A stretch of 64,000 nt of DNA from Candidatus Omnitrophota bacterium (GTDB lineage Bacteria > Omnitrophota > Gorgyraeia > Zapsychrales > Fredricksoniimonadaceae), in assembly GCA_028870995.1 (NCBI GenBank), contig JAGWOI010000001.1, positions 26,273-90,272 of the forward strand, given 5' to 3'. The translations under genes and the position numbers were made by a program. Below, piece after piece: positions 44,589 to 54,596 of the stretch. Numbering within the stretch: position 1 is the stretch's first letter; each line of letters starts with the position of its first letter. The notes below the pieces were generated by a model, which was given only the letters and a program-made list of their open reading frames with translations, was not told the DNA's origin and ran no database searches.

Positions 44589-46270
44589 GAACCTTCGCGA
44601 TCTTCCTTCCGAAAGACCCTGCTATCTTTAGGCGGGGTTCTTTTTTTGTCCGTCACCCAGAATTCCAGGTATTGGCCCAGCATCAGGCGTGTTTGGGCGT
44701 GCAGGGCCGGCATGGCGCTGAAAAAGACCAGGATGAAAGGCACGGTCAGCCATTCAAAGGCATGGCCTATCTTGACCAGCCATCTGTAACGGATTTTTGT
44801 TTTCGGCAACAGGGACAGGGAAAGGATGATGCTTACGCAAACGGCCAGAAAGGCCAGGGAGAAAATGGTATTGGCGATATCGGGCACATTGTAATAGGCC
44901 ACCGACGAGGCGAACTCCTGGCGCGCGGATATGAGCGGCATCCAGCCGATGATCGAAAGGATGAAGCCGGAGGTGGACCAGGACCAATGACCCTCAAAGA
45001 GTTTGAAGCCGAGCCGCAGTTTGTCGTACAAGGGTATTCTTTTGGACCTTAAGAAGGCTCTCATCACGATGGGGAAATTTTCGACGCCCCATGCCCAGCG
45101 CTGTTTTTGTTTATAAACGCTTTGAAAGGTTTTCCACCAATTGTCCGAGGAGGCCACATCCATGGACAAGGTCACGTACATGGGGATGACCCGGTATTGA
45201 CCGTTGTAGTGGATATAGGCTTTCCAGAAAATGGCCGAATCGTCGGAGATCATGTCCACCGGCCAATAATCTACGTCCACAAGGGCCATAAAGCTCATGC
45301 TGTGCGAGGAGAAGGTGACCAGCTTTTCGGGATTGGTGCACTCGATGAGTTGATAAAAGGAGGAGCCTGTCTCCACCACGCGCGCAAAGCCGGGCACGTT
45401 CCATATATTGTTATGGTAAACCGGGATGGGCTGGAAACTGGCCTGCAGGCGTTGGGGGCAAACCATATAGTGATAGGTCAGGCAGAGAAAATAATTGGGG
45501 CTTACCACGGTGTCGGCATCGAAACAGGAGACGATCACCGCCTCGAAGGGGATGTGGTGCTCCTGGAAAAGTCTGGCCGCGTATTTGGCGGCATGAGTGA
45601 TATTGGCCCCCTTGACCCTGGCCTCGCCGGGCACAGCCGCCGGATGCAGGACGGTCACGCATTCCATAAAAACATTTTTGTATTTCTTTTCCAAGGCATA
45701 AACAGCATCCTGGATGGCAGGCTGCGCGCGTTCTTCCAGTGCAAAGACAACCACCAGTTGTTTAAGAGGGAAACGCTGGCGGCTGATGGCGTCAATGGCC
45801 GGTTCCAGGATATCGAGGCCTTCTTTTATGACGGGGAAGATGACCAGATGGTAGATGTCCTTGGACTTCGGCGGCAGGTTGCGGCTGGCCAGTAAATCAT
45901 CTAAATGGCGCAGGTGGATTTGATGAGAAAGGCGCTGGCGCCAGTGGCGGCCGAATTTTTTCATGGCGATGTCCCTTAAATAATGGGGAAGGTCATCAAT
46001 GCCGCGGATGCGCCGCATCCAGTCGGTGTTTTTTTCGATATTAAGCAGGGTGTAGGAAATGATCAGGAAAATGGTGGAATAGAGGATCCGCATGATCCAG
46101 GACAGGTAAAACGCGACTATCAGCACGGCGGCGATAAAGGGATAGAAAATGGACAAAAAGACCAGCCCCAGCAGGGTCATCCAGCTGACGGCCCCGGGCA
46201 GAATCTCCAGGAACCGCTGCAGCCTGGCCTGGCGGGGTTTCAGATTTTCCTTGGAATAGTGGAATTTCAT
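44585..46270 (-). CDS. Processive family-2 glycosyltransferase (cellulose-synthase-like exopolysaccharide synthase)
   Basis: Multi-TM protein with CFDADT (DxD), TED-like region and QKQRW (QxxRW) motifs characteristic of processive GT2 synthases. Confidence 0.75.
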   Translation of the reverse strand: MKFHYSKENLKPRQARLQRFLEILPGAVSWMTLLGLVFLSIFYPFIAAVLIVAFYLSWIMRILYSTIFLIISYTLLNIEKNTDWMRRIRGIDDLPHYLRDIAMKKFGRHWRQRLSHQIHLRHLDDLLASRNLPPKSKDIYHLVIFPVIKEGLDILEPAIDAISRQRFPLKQLVVVFALEERAQPAIQDAVYALEKKYKNVFMECVTVLHPAAVPGEARVKGANITHAAKYAARLFQEHHIPFEAVIVSCFDADTVVSPNYFLCLTYHYMVCPQRLQASFQPIPVYHNNIWNVPGFARVVETGSSFYQLIECTNPEKLVTFSSHSMSFMALVDVDYWPVDMISDDSAIFWKAYIHYNGQYRVIPMYVTLSMDVASSDNWWKTFQSVYKQKQRWAWGVENFPIVMRAFLRSKRIPLYDKLRLGFKLFEGHWSWSTSGFILSIIGWMPLISARQEFASSVAYYNVPDIANTIFSLAFLAVCVSIILSLSLLPKTKIRYRWLVKIGHAFEWLTVPFILVFFSAMPALHAQTRLMLGQYLEFWVTDKKRTPPKDSRVFRKEDREGS

Positions 46271-47349
46271 GGGTTTGTCCGTATGTCCGCCTTTAAAGCG
46301 TCAGGCACCGGGATGTTCAATAGGGGATGATAGGCCAAAAGCTGAACGGCGCACAGCCTCCCGTCATTATTCAAATAAAAAAGTTCTCCTGTTTTGGGGG
46401 AAAAATACATATTTGCCGATGGGTCGGATTGGGCTATATCGTACATCCGCGGTCCGCCGAAATTCTCCCGGGGATAAAGACGGATACGTCCCTCCTGACG
46501 GATGATCCAGTCATGGCCGTCGTTGATAAGGAATTTGTCGGGGTTATTTTTAACCCGTGTCCTGATGGTCCCGGGCAGGACTTCCCCCGGATAAATCGCT
46601 TTGTCATGGATATTGATGCGGTAAATGCGGGTCGGATAAATCGCGAAGATGTTGTTGTCTGTGTTGTCCCACTCAACCGAGGACGGAACCTCAGGGAAAA
46701 GGTCGCTGATATCTTCGATGACAGGAGGTTTTCCGTTCAGGTTGACCCATAGGAATTTTGTTTTATCTTTAAGCGCCGCCTGCAGCAAGATAAAGGGGCT
46801 GGACGGTTCGTAATACAGGTGTGTCAGCCGCCCCTGGGCGTAAATGGAATTGGCCACCAACAGCGGCGCTGGTCCGGTCTCCTGGCCCATGGAAATAACG
46901 TCTGTATCCGCAAGCAGGGGATTGGCGGCGATCAGGGTGTCCTGACCGGCCCGGAAGATGTTGGCATAGGTTTTGACGGCAATGACCTTTATGGGCCATT
47001 CCTGAGGTATCAGCAGGGCGTTGGCCACCGTGGCTTTATTGGCTTCAACCGGAATGTAGCGTTCCCAGTCCGTATAGCCGTTGAGCTCAATGCGGATGAA
47101 ATGGCTGCCGGGTGTCAGGTCCCTCAACACTGCCGGTGTTTTGGAACGGCTCAAACGGCCGTCGACATAGACTGCCGCGTCCGGCGGGTTGGTGGCGATG
47201 AAGATCAGCCCTGTCCTCACCAGACGCTGGGTCAGCGGATTGACGGCAAACCCCAGCATGTGCGCCACGATCAAGGGGCATAGAATAAGGTAGATAAGGG
47301 CAAAGAGATAAAAGACAAGCTTTCTAAGCCGGGGCATGAACCAAATCAT
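46267..47349 (-). CDS. Membrane-anchored PEGA domain protein, co-transcribed partner of the GT2 synthase
   Basis: N-terminal TM helix, PEGA-like segment (ATNPPDAAVYVDGRLSRSKTPAVLRDLTPGSHFIRIELNGY), then an uncharacterised domain of about 230 aa. ATGA overlap with the GT2 gene. Confidence 0.6.
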   Translation of the reverse strand: MIWFMPRLRKLVFYLFALIYLILCPLIVAHMLGFAVNPLTQRLVRTGLIFIATNPPDAAVYVDGRLSRSKTPAVLRDLTPGSHFIRIELNGYTDWERYIPVEANKATVANALLIPQEWPIKVIAVKTYANIFRAGQDTLIAANPLLADTDVISMGQETGPAPLLVANSIYAQGRLTHLYYEPSSPFILLQAALKDKTKFLWVNLNGKPPVIEDISDLFPEVPSSVEWDNTDNNIFAIYPTRIYRINIHDKAIYPGEVLPGTIRTRVKNNPDKFLINDGHDWIIRQEGRIRLYPRENFGGPRMYDIAQSDPSANMYFSPKTGELFYLNNDGRLCAVQLLAYHPLLNIPVPDALKADIRTNP

Positions 47350-47476
47350 AGCTCAGCTTTGCCCTTCAGGCAACGGATAAATTATAACGCGCTGGACAAT
47401 TAGCGACGAAAAGGTTATACTCTACTGATTCCCAAATAAGAGATATTTAATAGTACTGAAGCGGCGCTTTCCCTCT

Positions 47477-50272
47477 ATGTTTAAGACAGAAGATGCCCAA
47501 GCCGGTTCGAGACTTGTTCCCATCAAAATCATCTTCCCTTATGCGGTCTTATCACTAATATGGATCTATCTCTCCGATGAAATTACCGCCCTCCTTTTCA
47601 GGCACGCCCAGGACCTGAAATATGCCATCGATCTGAAGGCCACTTTTTATGTCTCGGTGACCTCCATTATCCTGTATGCCTTGTTTCGTGGCGCGACGTA
47701 CCGGCTCAGGGACAGCGAACGCAAATACCGCTATCTTTTCGAGAATTCCGCCATTTCTATTTTGGAAGAGGATTTTTCAGAGATCAGGAAATTCATCGAC
47801 CGGCAGCGGGCCCTGGGGATCCGGGATTGGCGGGAGTACTTTCAGAACAATCCCCAAACGGTACGAGAATGTGCCTCGTGGGTGAGGATCATGGATTCGA
47901 ACCAGGAAGGTTTGCGGCTGGCGGGCGTTGCCGAATCCAAAGATATGGTGGGCAAGACCCTCGATTATTATTTTACCGAGGATTCCTACGCGGACTTTAA
48001 AGAGCAGCTTATTGCCTTGGCCGAAGGCGCCACTCAATGGAATGGTGAGCGGTCCGCCCGCGCCAGCGAAGGCGGGACCAAGGCGTACATCTACCGGATG
48101 TCGGTGATGCCGGGGCATGAAAAAGACCTTTCCCGGGTTTTGGTCTCCCTGGTGGATGTCACGGCCAACAAGAGTAATGTCAAAACCATTGAACTTAAAG
48201 AACAGCGGCTAAGGCAGATCATCGATCTTGTCCCGCATTTCATTTTTGCCAAGGACATCGAAGGACGTTTTGTTCTGGTCAATAAAGCCATCGCGAACGC
48301 CTATGGGACGACGGTTGAGAACCTTACCGGGAAAAAAGACGAAGACTTCATCAAATCACGCGCCCAGGTCAGGCATTTTCTTAAGGATGATCTGGAGGTG
48401 ATGCAGTCGGGTAAATCCAAATTCATCCCGCTGGAGCCCATCACCAATGCCCAGGGCCAGACCAGGTTTTTGGCAACGACCAAAATACCCTTTACAGCTT
48501 CAGGCATCGATTCGCCCTGTGTCCTGGGCGTTGCCATCGACATTACCGAATACAAGCAGGCGGAAGAGGCCTTGGCCCAAGGCCAGCATTTTATCGAGAG
48601 CGTGTTGAACGCCACCCCCAATCTGATTTATGTTTACGATTTGATCTCCAAGAGTAACGTTTACTTCAACCGCGGCCTGCACGACCTGTTGGGTTACACC
48701 GAGCAGCAGATAGAAGCCATGGGGGGAGAGCTTTTTAACATGATCCTGCATCCCGACGATCATGCCTCCGTCAGGGAACACCATCAGATGCTAATACAGG
48801 ACGGCAAGGTGAGGGAAATCGAGTGCCGCATGAAGGATGCGGGAGGCCAATGGCGCTGGATGAGAAGCCGGGATGTGGTTTTCGCGCGTACGCCCCAGGG
48901 GGAAGCCTGGCAGATCTTAGGCTCGGCTGAGGATGTTACCGAGCATAAATTGCTTGAAAATAAATATTGGACACTTTCCTATTATGATGCGGTGACCACC
49001 TTCCCCAACCGCACCTTGTTTTACGAACGGGCCAACCTGGGGCTCTCCCACGCCAAGCGCAGCAACATCGCCTGCGCCGTCCTGTTCATTGACCTGGACC
49101 ACTTTAAAAACGTCAACGACACCCTGGGCCATACGCTGGGCGATGAGCTGCTTAAGGACACGGCGGTCAAACTTTCCGAATGTGTCCGTGAAATAGACAC
49201 CATTGCCCGCCTGGGGTCGGATAAATTCATTGTTTTTTTAAACGGCCTTGAAGACGCTCAGAGCGCCCAGCACATCGCCGAGCGTATCCGCGAGAAGTTG
49301 AATACCACCCGCACCATCTGCAGCCAGGAGCTTTTTGTCACCGCCACCATCGGGATCGCCACCTTTCCCAATGACGGCAGCACCCTGGAGGAGCTTCTGA
49401 AGAACGCGGACACAGCCATGAATGCGGCCAAGGACGCGGGCCGCAATGCCTTTTGTTTTTTTAACGGCACCATGAACGAGAAGGCCGTCACCCGCATGCA
49501 GATTGAAAAGGGTTTAAGGGGGGCGCTGGCCAAAAACGAGTTCAAGCTATATTACCAGCCGATCATCGGCGTGGCGGACGGAGGCGTGCGGGGCTTTGAA
49601 GTCCTGCTGCGCTGGTTTAAGGCCGACGGTACGCTGGTTTATCCTAATGATTTCATCGGAATCGCGGAAGAAACCGGGCTCATCATCGGTATCGGCGAAT
49701 GGGTGTTGAAAGAGGCATGCCGCATGGGGAAGAAATGGCATGACATGGGGTTTGATGAGCTGGTCATGTCCGTCAATATTTCCGTCGTTCAGTTGAGGAC
49801 CCCGGCCATCATGGGAGCCATTAAAAAAGCCTTGGAAGAGACCGGGTTTCCGGCCCATTTCCTTGAAATTGAGGTCACGGAAAGCATTTTTATCAGCGCC
49901 TTCGACGCTTCCATCGGGGTGCTCCAAAAAATCCGCGATATGGGGGTACGGGTGGCGCTGGATGATTTCGGGACGGGCTATTCCTCGTTAAGCCATTTGC
50001 AGCGCCTGCCGATCACCACCCTGAAGATCGACCGGTTTTTCATCAAGGAGCTGATGAACGAAGGCATCGAAATGGCCATGACCGCCACCATCATCGAACT
50101 GGCCCACAACCTCAATCTCGGCGTTGTTGCCGAGGGCGTCGAGCACCAACAGCAGCTCAAGAGCCTGGCCAAGGAGAATTGCGATTATTTCCAAGGCTTT
50201 CTTTTCGGCAAACCCATGCCCGAGGACCAGGCCATGGCCTTCCTTAAGGATAACAGCAGCCCTTCCGTTTAA
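47477..50272 (+). CDS. Membrane PAS/PAC sensor with degenerate GGDEF (GSDKF) and EAL domains, probable c-di-GMP phosphodiesterase
   Basis: N-terminal TM segments and several PAS folds. GGDEF-domain motif RLGSDKF (non-canonical). EAL-domain motifs EVLLRW, DDFGTGYSSL, KIDRFF, EGVE and QGFLFGKP. Confidence 0.8.
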   Translation: MFKTEDAQAGSRLVPIKIIFPYAVLSLIWIYLSDEITALLFRHAQDLKYAIDLKATFYVSVTSIILYALFRGATYRLRDSERKYRYLFENSAISILEEDFSEIRKFIDRQRALGIRDWREYFQNNPQTVRECASWVRIMDSNQEGLRLAGVAESKDMVGKTLDYYFTEDSYADFKEQLIALAEGATQWNGERSARASEGGTKAYIYRMSVMPGHEKDLSRVLVSLVDVTANKSNVKTIELKEQRLRQIIDLVPHFIFAKDIEGRFVLVNKAIANAYGTTVENLTGKKDEDFIKSRAQVRHFLKDDLEVMQSGKSKFIPLEPITNAQGQTRFLATTKIPFTASGIDSPCVLGVAIDITEYKQAEEALAQGQHFIESVLNATPNLIYVYDLISKSNVYFNRGLHDLLGYTEQQIEAMGGELFNMILHPDDHASVREHHQMLIQDGKVREIECRMKDAGGQWRWMRSRDVVFARTPQGEAWQILGSAEDVTEHKLLENKYWTLSYYDAVTTFPNRTLFYERANLGLSHAKRSNIACAVLFIDLDHFKNVNDTLGHTLGDELLKDTAVKLSECVREIDTIARLGSDKFIVFLNGLEDAQSAQHIAERIREKLNTTRTICSQELFVTATIGIATFPNDGSTLEELLKNADTAMNAAKDAGRNAFCFFNGTMNEKAVTRMQIEKGLRGALAKNEFKLYYQPIIGVADGGVRGFEVLLRWFKADGTLVYPNDFIGIAEETGLIIGIGEWVLKEACRMGKKWHDMGFDELVMSVNISVVQLRTPAIMGAIKKALEETGFPAHFLEIEVTESIFISAFDASIGVLQKIRDMGVRVALDDFGTGYSSLSHLQRLPITTLKIDRFFIKELMNEGIEMAMTATIIELAHNLNLGVVAEGVEHQQQLKSLAKENCDYFQGFLFGKPMPEDQAMAFLKDNSSPSV

Positions 50273-50349
50273 CTCCAGCGCCTTACCGGTATCCGGGAAA
50301 AAGACGCGAGCCAATTGAATTATAAGCTGTGAAGTATTAGAATAAAAAA

Positions 50350-51675
50350 ATGAGTAAAGGGCGTATTTTAATTGGGGTTATTTTATTCGGGTGTTTTACC
50401 GGCCGGGCCATGGCGCAGGGGAATGATTTGACTCCGGTACGCCTGACGCTTAAAGAGGCCTTACACAGTGTCAGCACGGAGAACCTGCAAGTGCTGATGG
50501 CCAATGCCCGCCTGCAGCAAGCCATTGCCCGTATAGGCCAGGCACAGTCCAGTTTATTGCCTCATTTGGAGGGTGAAGTCAGCGGCGGCCGCCAGACCGT
50601 TGACCTGCGCTCTGAAGGCTTAACGCTGCCCGGCATCAGTCCGCATGAGGGTCCCTTTAATAATTTTGATGCCAGGCCGCGGGTGACCATGGCGATCTTT
50701 GACCTGTCTTCTTTGGCCAGATTTCAGGCTGCCCAAAAAGGCGAGAAACTTTCCGAAGCTCAGTTGCAGAAGACCCGGGAAGATGTGCTGGCCCTGGTGG
50801 CGGACCTCTTCGTTGATGCCCAGCGCAAGCAGCAGACGGTCAAGCTGCTACACACCCTGTTGGAAAAGGACCGGATGGCCTATCAGTTAAGCCGTGACAA
50901 TCTTAATCAGGGTACCGGCACGCTGTTGGATTCGAGCAAATACAAATCCGATTTGGACCAGACGCGGTATTTACTGGCCCAGGCCGAACTTCAGGCTGAG
51001 TCTGCCGATATGGACCTGGAGGCGGCGCTGCAATTGCCTTTGGGCAAACCCTTGGCCCTTGTCGATGACGATGGTTTTCTGCACATTTTGGAAAAAAGCG
51101 CCGAGGGTCATTTTAAAGGCGGGTCCAATGCCGACGTGGACATGGCTTCCTCGCAATTGGAGGCCAGCAAGGCCGACCAAAAAAGCGCCATGGCGGATTT
51201 CCTGCCGAGAATATCAGGCAGCGCGGATTACGGGCGTTCCGGCGCCTCTCCCCAGCACGGCAGCAATACGTATTTCGTCGGCGTGAAGGCGACGGTCCCC
51301 ATTTGGGAAGGCGGGGCGAACCAGGCCCAGTTGAAGGAAGCCAAGGGCCGGGTGTCGGAGGCCAGGGAAAATCTCCGGGATTCCCTCCAGCAGCAGGAAG
51401 TCAATGTCAGGAAGGCCCGGCTCGAAATTAAAGAAGCGGACAATTTAAGACGGGCCAAACGTCAGCAGCGCCGGACCGCCCAGCGCGGCCTTTTGGTGGC
51501 GCTTCATGCCCAGCAGGTGGGCAGCGGCACGGTTTTAGCCGTGATGGAGGCCAAGGCTCAGTTGGCCCTGGCGGAAGATGGGTACAACGAGGCCCAGGCC
51601 ACCTGGGTCATGGCGCATATCGGCCTTCTTCATGCCCAAGGCCGGCTGAGGGATTTAATCAGACAGGAAAAATAA
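50350..51675 (+). CDS. TolC-like outer membrane efflux protein
   Basis: Signal peptide. Two repeats of coiled-coil-rich OEP pattern. Length 441 aa. Confidence 0.7.
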   Translation: MSKGRILIGVILFGCFTGRAMAQGNDLTPVRLTLKEALHSVSTENLQVLMANARLQQAIARIGQAQSSLLPHLEGEVSGGRQTVDLRSEGLTLPGISPHEGPFNNFDARPRVTMAIFDLSSLARFQAAQKGEKLSEAQLQKTREDVLALVADLFVDAQRKQQTVKLLHTLLEKDRMAYQLSRDNLNQGTGTLLDSSKYKSDLDQTRYLLAQAELQAESADMDLEAALQLPLGKPLALVDDDGFLHILEKSAEGHFKGGSNADVDMASSQLEASKADQKSAMADFLPRISGSADYGRSGASPQHGSNTYFVGVKATVPIWEGGANQAQLKEAKGRVSEARENLRDSLQQQEVNVRKARLEIKEADNLRRAKRQQRRTAQRGLLVALHAQQVGSGTVLAVMEAKAQLALAEDGYNEAQATWVMAHIGLLHAQGRLRDLIRQEK

Positions 51676-52346
51676 TGCGACTTTTGATCGGCATATTCGC
51701 CGCCTTGTTGATCGCAGGCTGCTCCCAACCAAAAGGTATTACGGAGATGACGTTCTCGGGCACCATGGAGCTGACCGAGCACGTCCTGGGTGCCAAGGTG
51801 GCGGGACGCCTTACGACCCTGAGCGTTGATGAAGGAGACCATGTCAGCAAGGGGCAGCTTTTGGCGACGCTGGACCGTTTTGAGCAGGATAAAAAGGATT
51901 ACGAACGCCTCCGGGTCCTTTATCAAAGCGGAGGCGCTGACCAGCAATCCCTGGAACATGCCCGCCTGAAGATGGAGGACCAGGAGATCGTCTCGCCCTT
52001 GGACGGGGTGGTGCTGGTCAAGGATGTTGAGACAGGCGAAACCCTTCCTGAAGGCGGGGGGGTGGTTGTCATCGGCGATATCAAGGACCAATGGATCAAG
52101 GTCTACGTGTCCGAAAATCTCGTCCATCAGTTGACTCTCGGGCAGCCGGCGGACATCAAGGTGGACGGCGCCTTGAAGCCTTACAGGGGCCGCATCACCT
52201 TTATCGCCGCCAAAGCCGAATTCACCCCGCGCAACGTGCAGACACCTGAGGAACGCGCCACCCAAACCATCGCCGTCAAGATTACGGTCGATCATCCCGA
52301 TGAAAATCTTCATGCCGGTGTTTCGGCTGACGTGAAATTCTTATGA
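51675..52346 (+). CDS. Short HlyD-family membrane-fusion lipoprotein
   Basis: Lipobox LIAGC. Biotin-lipoyl-like and beta-barrel segments typical of periplasmic adaptor subunits, but only 223 aa with no long coiled-coil hairpin. Confidence 0.6.
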   Translation: MRLLIGIFAALLIAGCSQPKGITEMTFSGTMELTEHVLGAKVAGRLTTLSVDEGDHVSKGQLLATLDRFEQDKKDYERLRVLYQSGGADQQSLEHARLKMEDQEIVSPLDGVVLVKDVETGETLPEGGGVVVIGDIKDQWIKVYVSENLVHQLTLGQPADIKVDGALKPYRGRITFIAAKAEFTPRNVQTPEERATQTIAVKITVDHPDENLHAGVSADVKFL

Positions 52347-52359
52347 TGAGGTAGGCGCC

Positions 52360-53301
52360 ATGCCGGACATCGCCATCAGCACAGATCATCTGACCAGGAG
52401 ATTCGGAAAGTTCACGGCGGTTGACGGCATTTCTTTCGAAATCCCCTACGGTTCCATTTTCGGGTTTTTAGGAGCCAACGGCGCCGGTAAGAGCACCACC
52501 ATCCGCATGCTGTGCGGTATCCTGGCGCCTACCAGCGGCGAGGGAAAGGTGGGCGGCTTTGACGTGCAAACACAGCCGGAACAGATCAAGACCGTGATCG
52601 GTTACGTGTCGCAGCGTTTCAGCCTTTACGCGGATTTAAATGTCGCCGAGAACCTTAACTTTTACGGCCGCATCTACGGACTTGAAGGCAGCGCCCTGGC
52701 CGGCCGCATTAAAGAAGTTTTGACCCTCACGGGCTTGGCCCCATTCCAAAGACGCCTGGCCGGCGATCTTTCCGGCGGCATGAAGCAAAAACTGGCGGTG
52801 GCCAACGCCATCCTGCATAAGCCCAAGATTATTTTCCTTGATGAACCGACCGCCGGGCTCGATCCCTTGTCCCGCCGGGGAATATGGGAGCTGTTGTACC
52901 AGTTGGCGGAATCCGGAACGTCCTTATTCGTGACCACCCATTATATGGAAGAGGCGGAACGCTGCAACACCATTGCCTTTATCAGCCAAGGGAGAATTTT
53001 GAAGATCGGCCGTCCAGCCGAGCTGAAGGAGGAACTTAAGGGGCAGATCCTGGAGGTGGCGGCCCGGCCTTTGATGAAGGCGTCCCATGTTTTTTCAGAG
53101 GTGGAGGGGGTGCATGGTGTCACCGTCTACGGTACCACGTTGAATTTAAACGCGGCGGATCCCAAGGCCGTCGAGGAACGCGTCAGGCAGGCCGCGGCCA
53201 GGGAAGGCATTCAAGTGGCTTCCATTAAACCCATCGCGGCCTCGCTGGAAGATGTGTTTTCCGATCTGGATCTAAAGAAGGTCAAGAATGCGCAACATTA
53301 A
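52360..53301 (+). CDS. ABC transporter ATP-binding protein (ABC-2 type)
   Basis: Walker A GANGAGKST. Signature LSGGMKQK. Walker B IIFLDEPT. Confidence 0.85.
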   Translation: MPDIAISTDHLTRRFGKFTAVDGISFEIPYGSIFGFLGANGAGKSTTIRMLCGILAPTSGEGKVGGFDVQTQPEQIKTVIGYVSQRFSLYADLNVAENLNFYGRIYGLEGSALAGRIKEVLTLTGLAPFQRRLAGDLSGGMKQKLAVANAILHKPKIIFLDEPTAGLDPLSRRGIWELLYQLAESGTSLFVTTHYMEEAERCNTIAFISQGRILKIGRPAELKEELKGQILEVAARPLMKASHVFSEVEGVHGVTVYGTTLNLNAADPKAVEERVRQAAAREGIQVASIKPIAASLEDVFSDLDLKKVKNAQH

Positions 53302-54391
53302 GGCCATTGCTTTTAAAGAATTCATCCATATCCTGCGCGACCGCCGGACCCTGATGCTCATCATCCTTATGCCCATGATGCAGCTGATGATCTACGGTTA
53401 CGGCATCAATACCGATGTCAAACACTTGTCCACCTATGTCTATGATCAGGACCGCACCTATTTAAGCCGCCGCCTGGTGGACGCCTTCACTCAAAGCCAG
53501 TATTTTAACGTCACTTTTCATGCCGATTCCCTTCAGGAAACCTACAAGGCCCTGGACAAAGGGCTGGCCAAGGCCGTACTGGTCATCCCGCCAAACTTCA
53601 CCGGCGACCTGTTGAAGAAAAAGGGTGCGCAATTGCAGATGATCATCGACGGCACGGACTCCACCCCGGCCACCGTGGCGCTTAATTCCAGCCAGGCCAT
53701 CGTCAATGCCTTTATGCAAAACGAGCATCTGATCCCTGTGGCGGTGCTGCCCATCGATTTCCGGCCCAGGCTCTGGTACAACCCTGATCTTAAAAGCACC
53801 TACTTCATGCTTCCGGGGCTGGTGGGATTGGTGCTGCAGTTTTTAGTGCCCATGATCACGGCCTCGGCCATCGTGCGCGAGAAGGAAAGGGGCAATATTG
53901 AGCAATTATTGGTCACCCCTATCAAACCCTATGAATTGATCCTGGGGAAAATCCTTCCCTACATCGCCATTGGCGTTATCATCGCCGCCAGCATCATCAC
54001 GGTCATGCATCTGTTGTTCGTCGTACCCATTCACGGCAGTGTGGTGACCTTGTTTTTGATGACCTTGATCTTCCTGACGGTGTGTTTGGGGATAGGATTG
54101 TGGGCCTCAACGGTGGCGGAAAACCAGCAGCAGGCGGCCCAGATCGTCATGTTCTTTGCCATGCCTTCGATCCTGCTGTCGGGTTTCATCTTTCCCAGGG
54201 AAGCGATGCCCTTATGGGTGCACCATATCGGTTATTTTATCCCCATGACCTATTTTTTGATCATCGTGCGGGGCATCATCCTAAAAGGCCTGGGGTTTGT
54301 CGATTTGATCGGCCAGGTCTGGCCGATGCTGCTGATGGCCGTTCTGGTCCTCGTATTCAGCATCAAGCGGTTTGCCAAGAGAATGACCTAA
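53288..54391 (+). CDS. ABC-2 family transporter permease
   Basis: N-terminal TM helix, large periplasmic loop and a C-terminal 5-TM bundle, the usual ABC-2 topology. Overlaps the ATPase gene by 14 nt. Confidence 0.75.
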   Translation: MRNIKAIAFKEFIHILRDRRTLMLIILMPMMQLMIYGYGINTDVKHLSTYVYDQDRTYLSRRLVDAFTQSQYFNVTFHADSLQETYKALDKGLAKAVLVIPPNFTGDLLKKKGAQLQMIIDGTDSTPATVALNSSQAIVNAFMQNEHLIPVAVLPIDFRPRLWYNPDLKSTYFMLPGLVGLVLQFLVPMITASAIVREKERGNIEQLLVTPIKPYELILGKILPYIAIGVIIAASIITVMHLLFVVPIHGSVVTLFLMTLIFLTVCLGIGLWASTVAENQQQAAQIVMFFAMPSILLSGFIFPREAMPLWVHHIGYFIPMTYFLIIVRGIILKGLGFVDLIGQVWPMLLMAVLVLVFSIKRFAKRMT

Positions 54392-54404
54392 TCAAGGGGG
54401 GGCT

Positions 54405-54596
54405 ATGCCTGAAGACAAGAAAGACGAGAGTTGTTCGACGAAAAAAGGCTGCGGCTGCTGCGGCGGTGCCAAATTGCTGGCTGCACTGATCGTGGGGGCC
54501 TTTATTTTTGCCGCCGGCATGTGGTTCGCCAGGGCCCATTGCCAGGGCTTGGGCTATCATGCTTTTTGCCCTCTTAGCGCCCCTGCGGCGAAGTAG
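54405..54596 (+). CDS. Small Cys-rich membrane protein (63 aa), possible metal-binding peptide
   Basis: Strong RBS AAGGGGGGG 6 nt upstream. N-terminal CSTKKGCGCCGG cluster, then one TM helix and HCQG...FC. 3' end overlaps the convergent CDF gene by 23 nt. Confidence 0.45.
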   Translation: MPEDKKDESCSTKKGCGCCGGAKLLAALIVGAFIFAAGMWFARAHCQGLGYHAFCPLSAPAAK

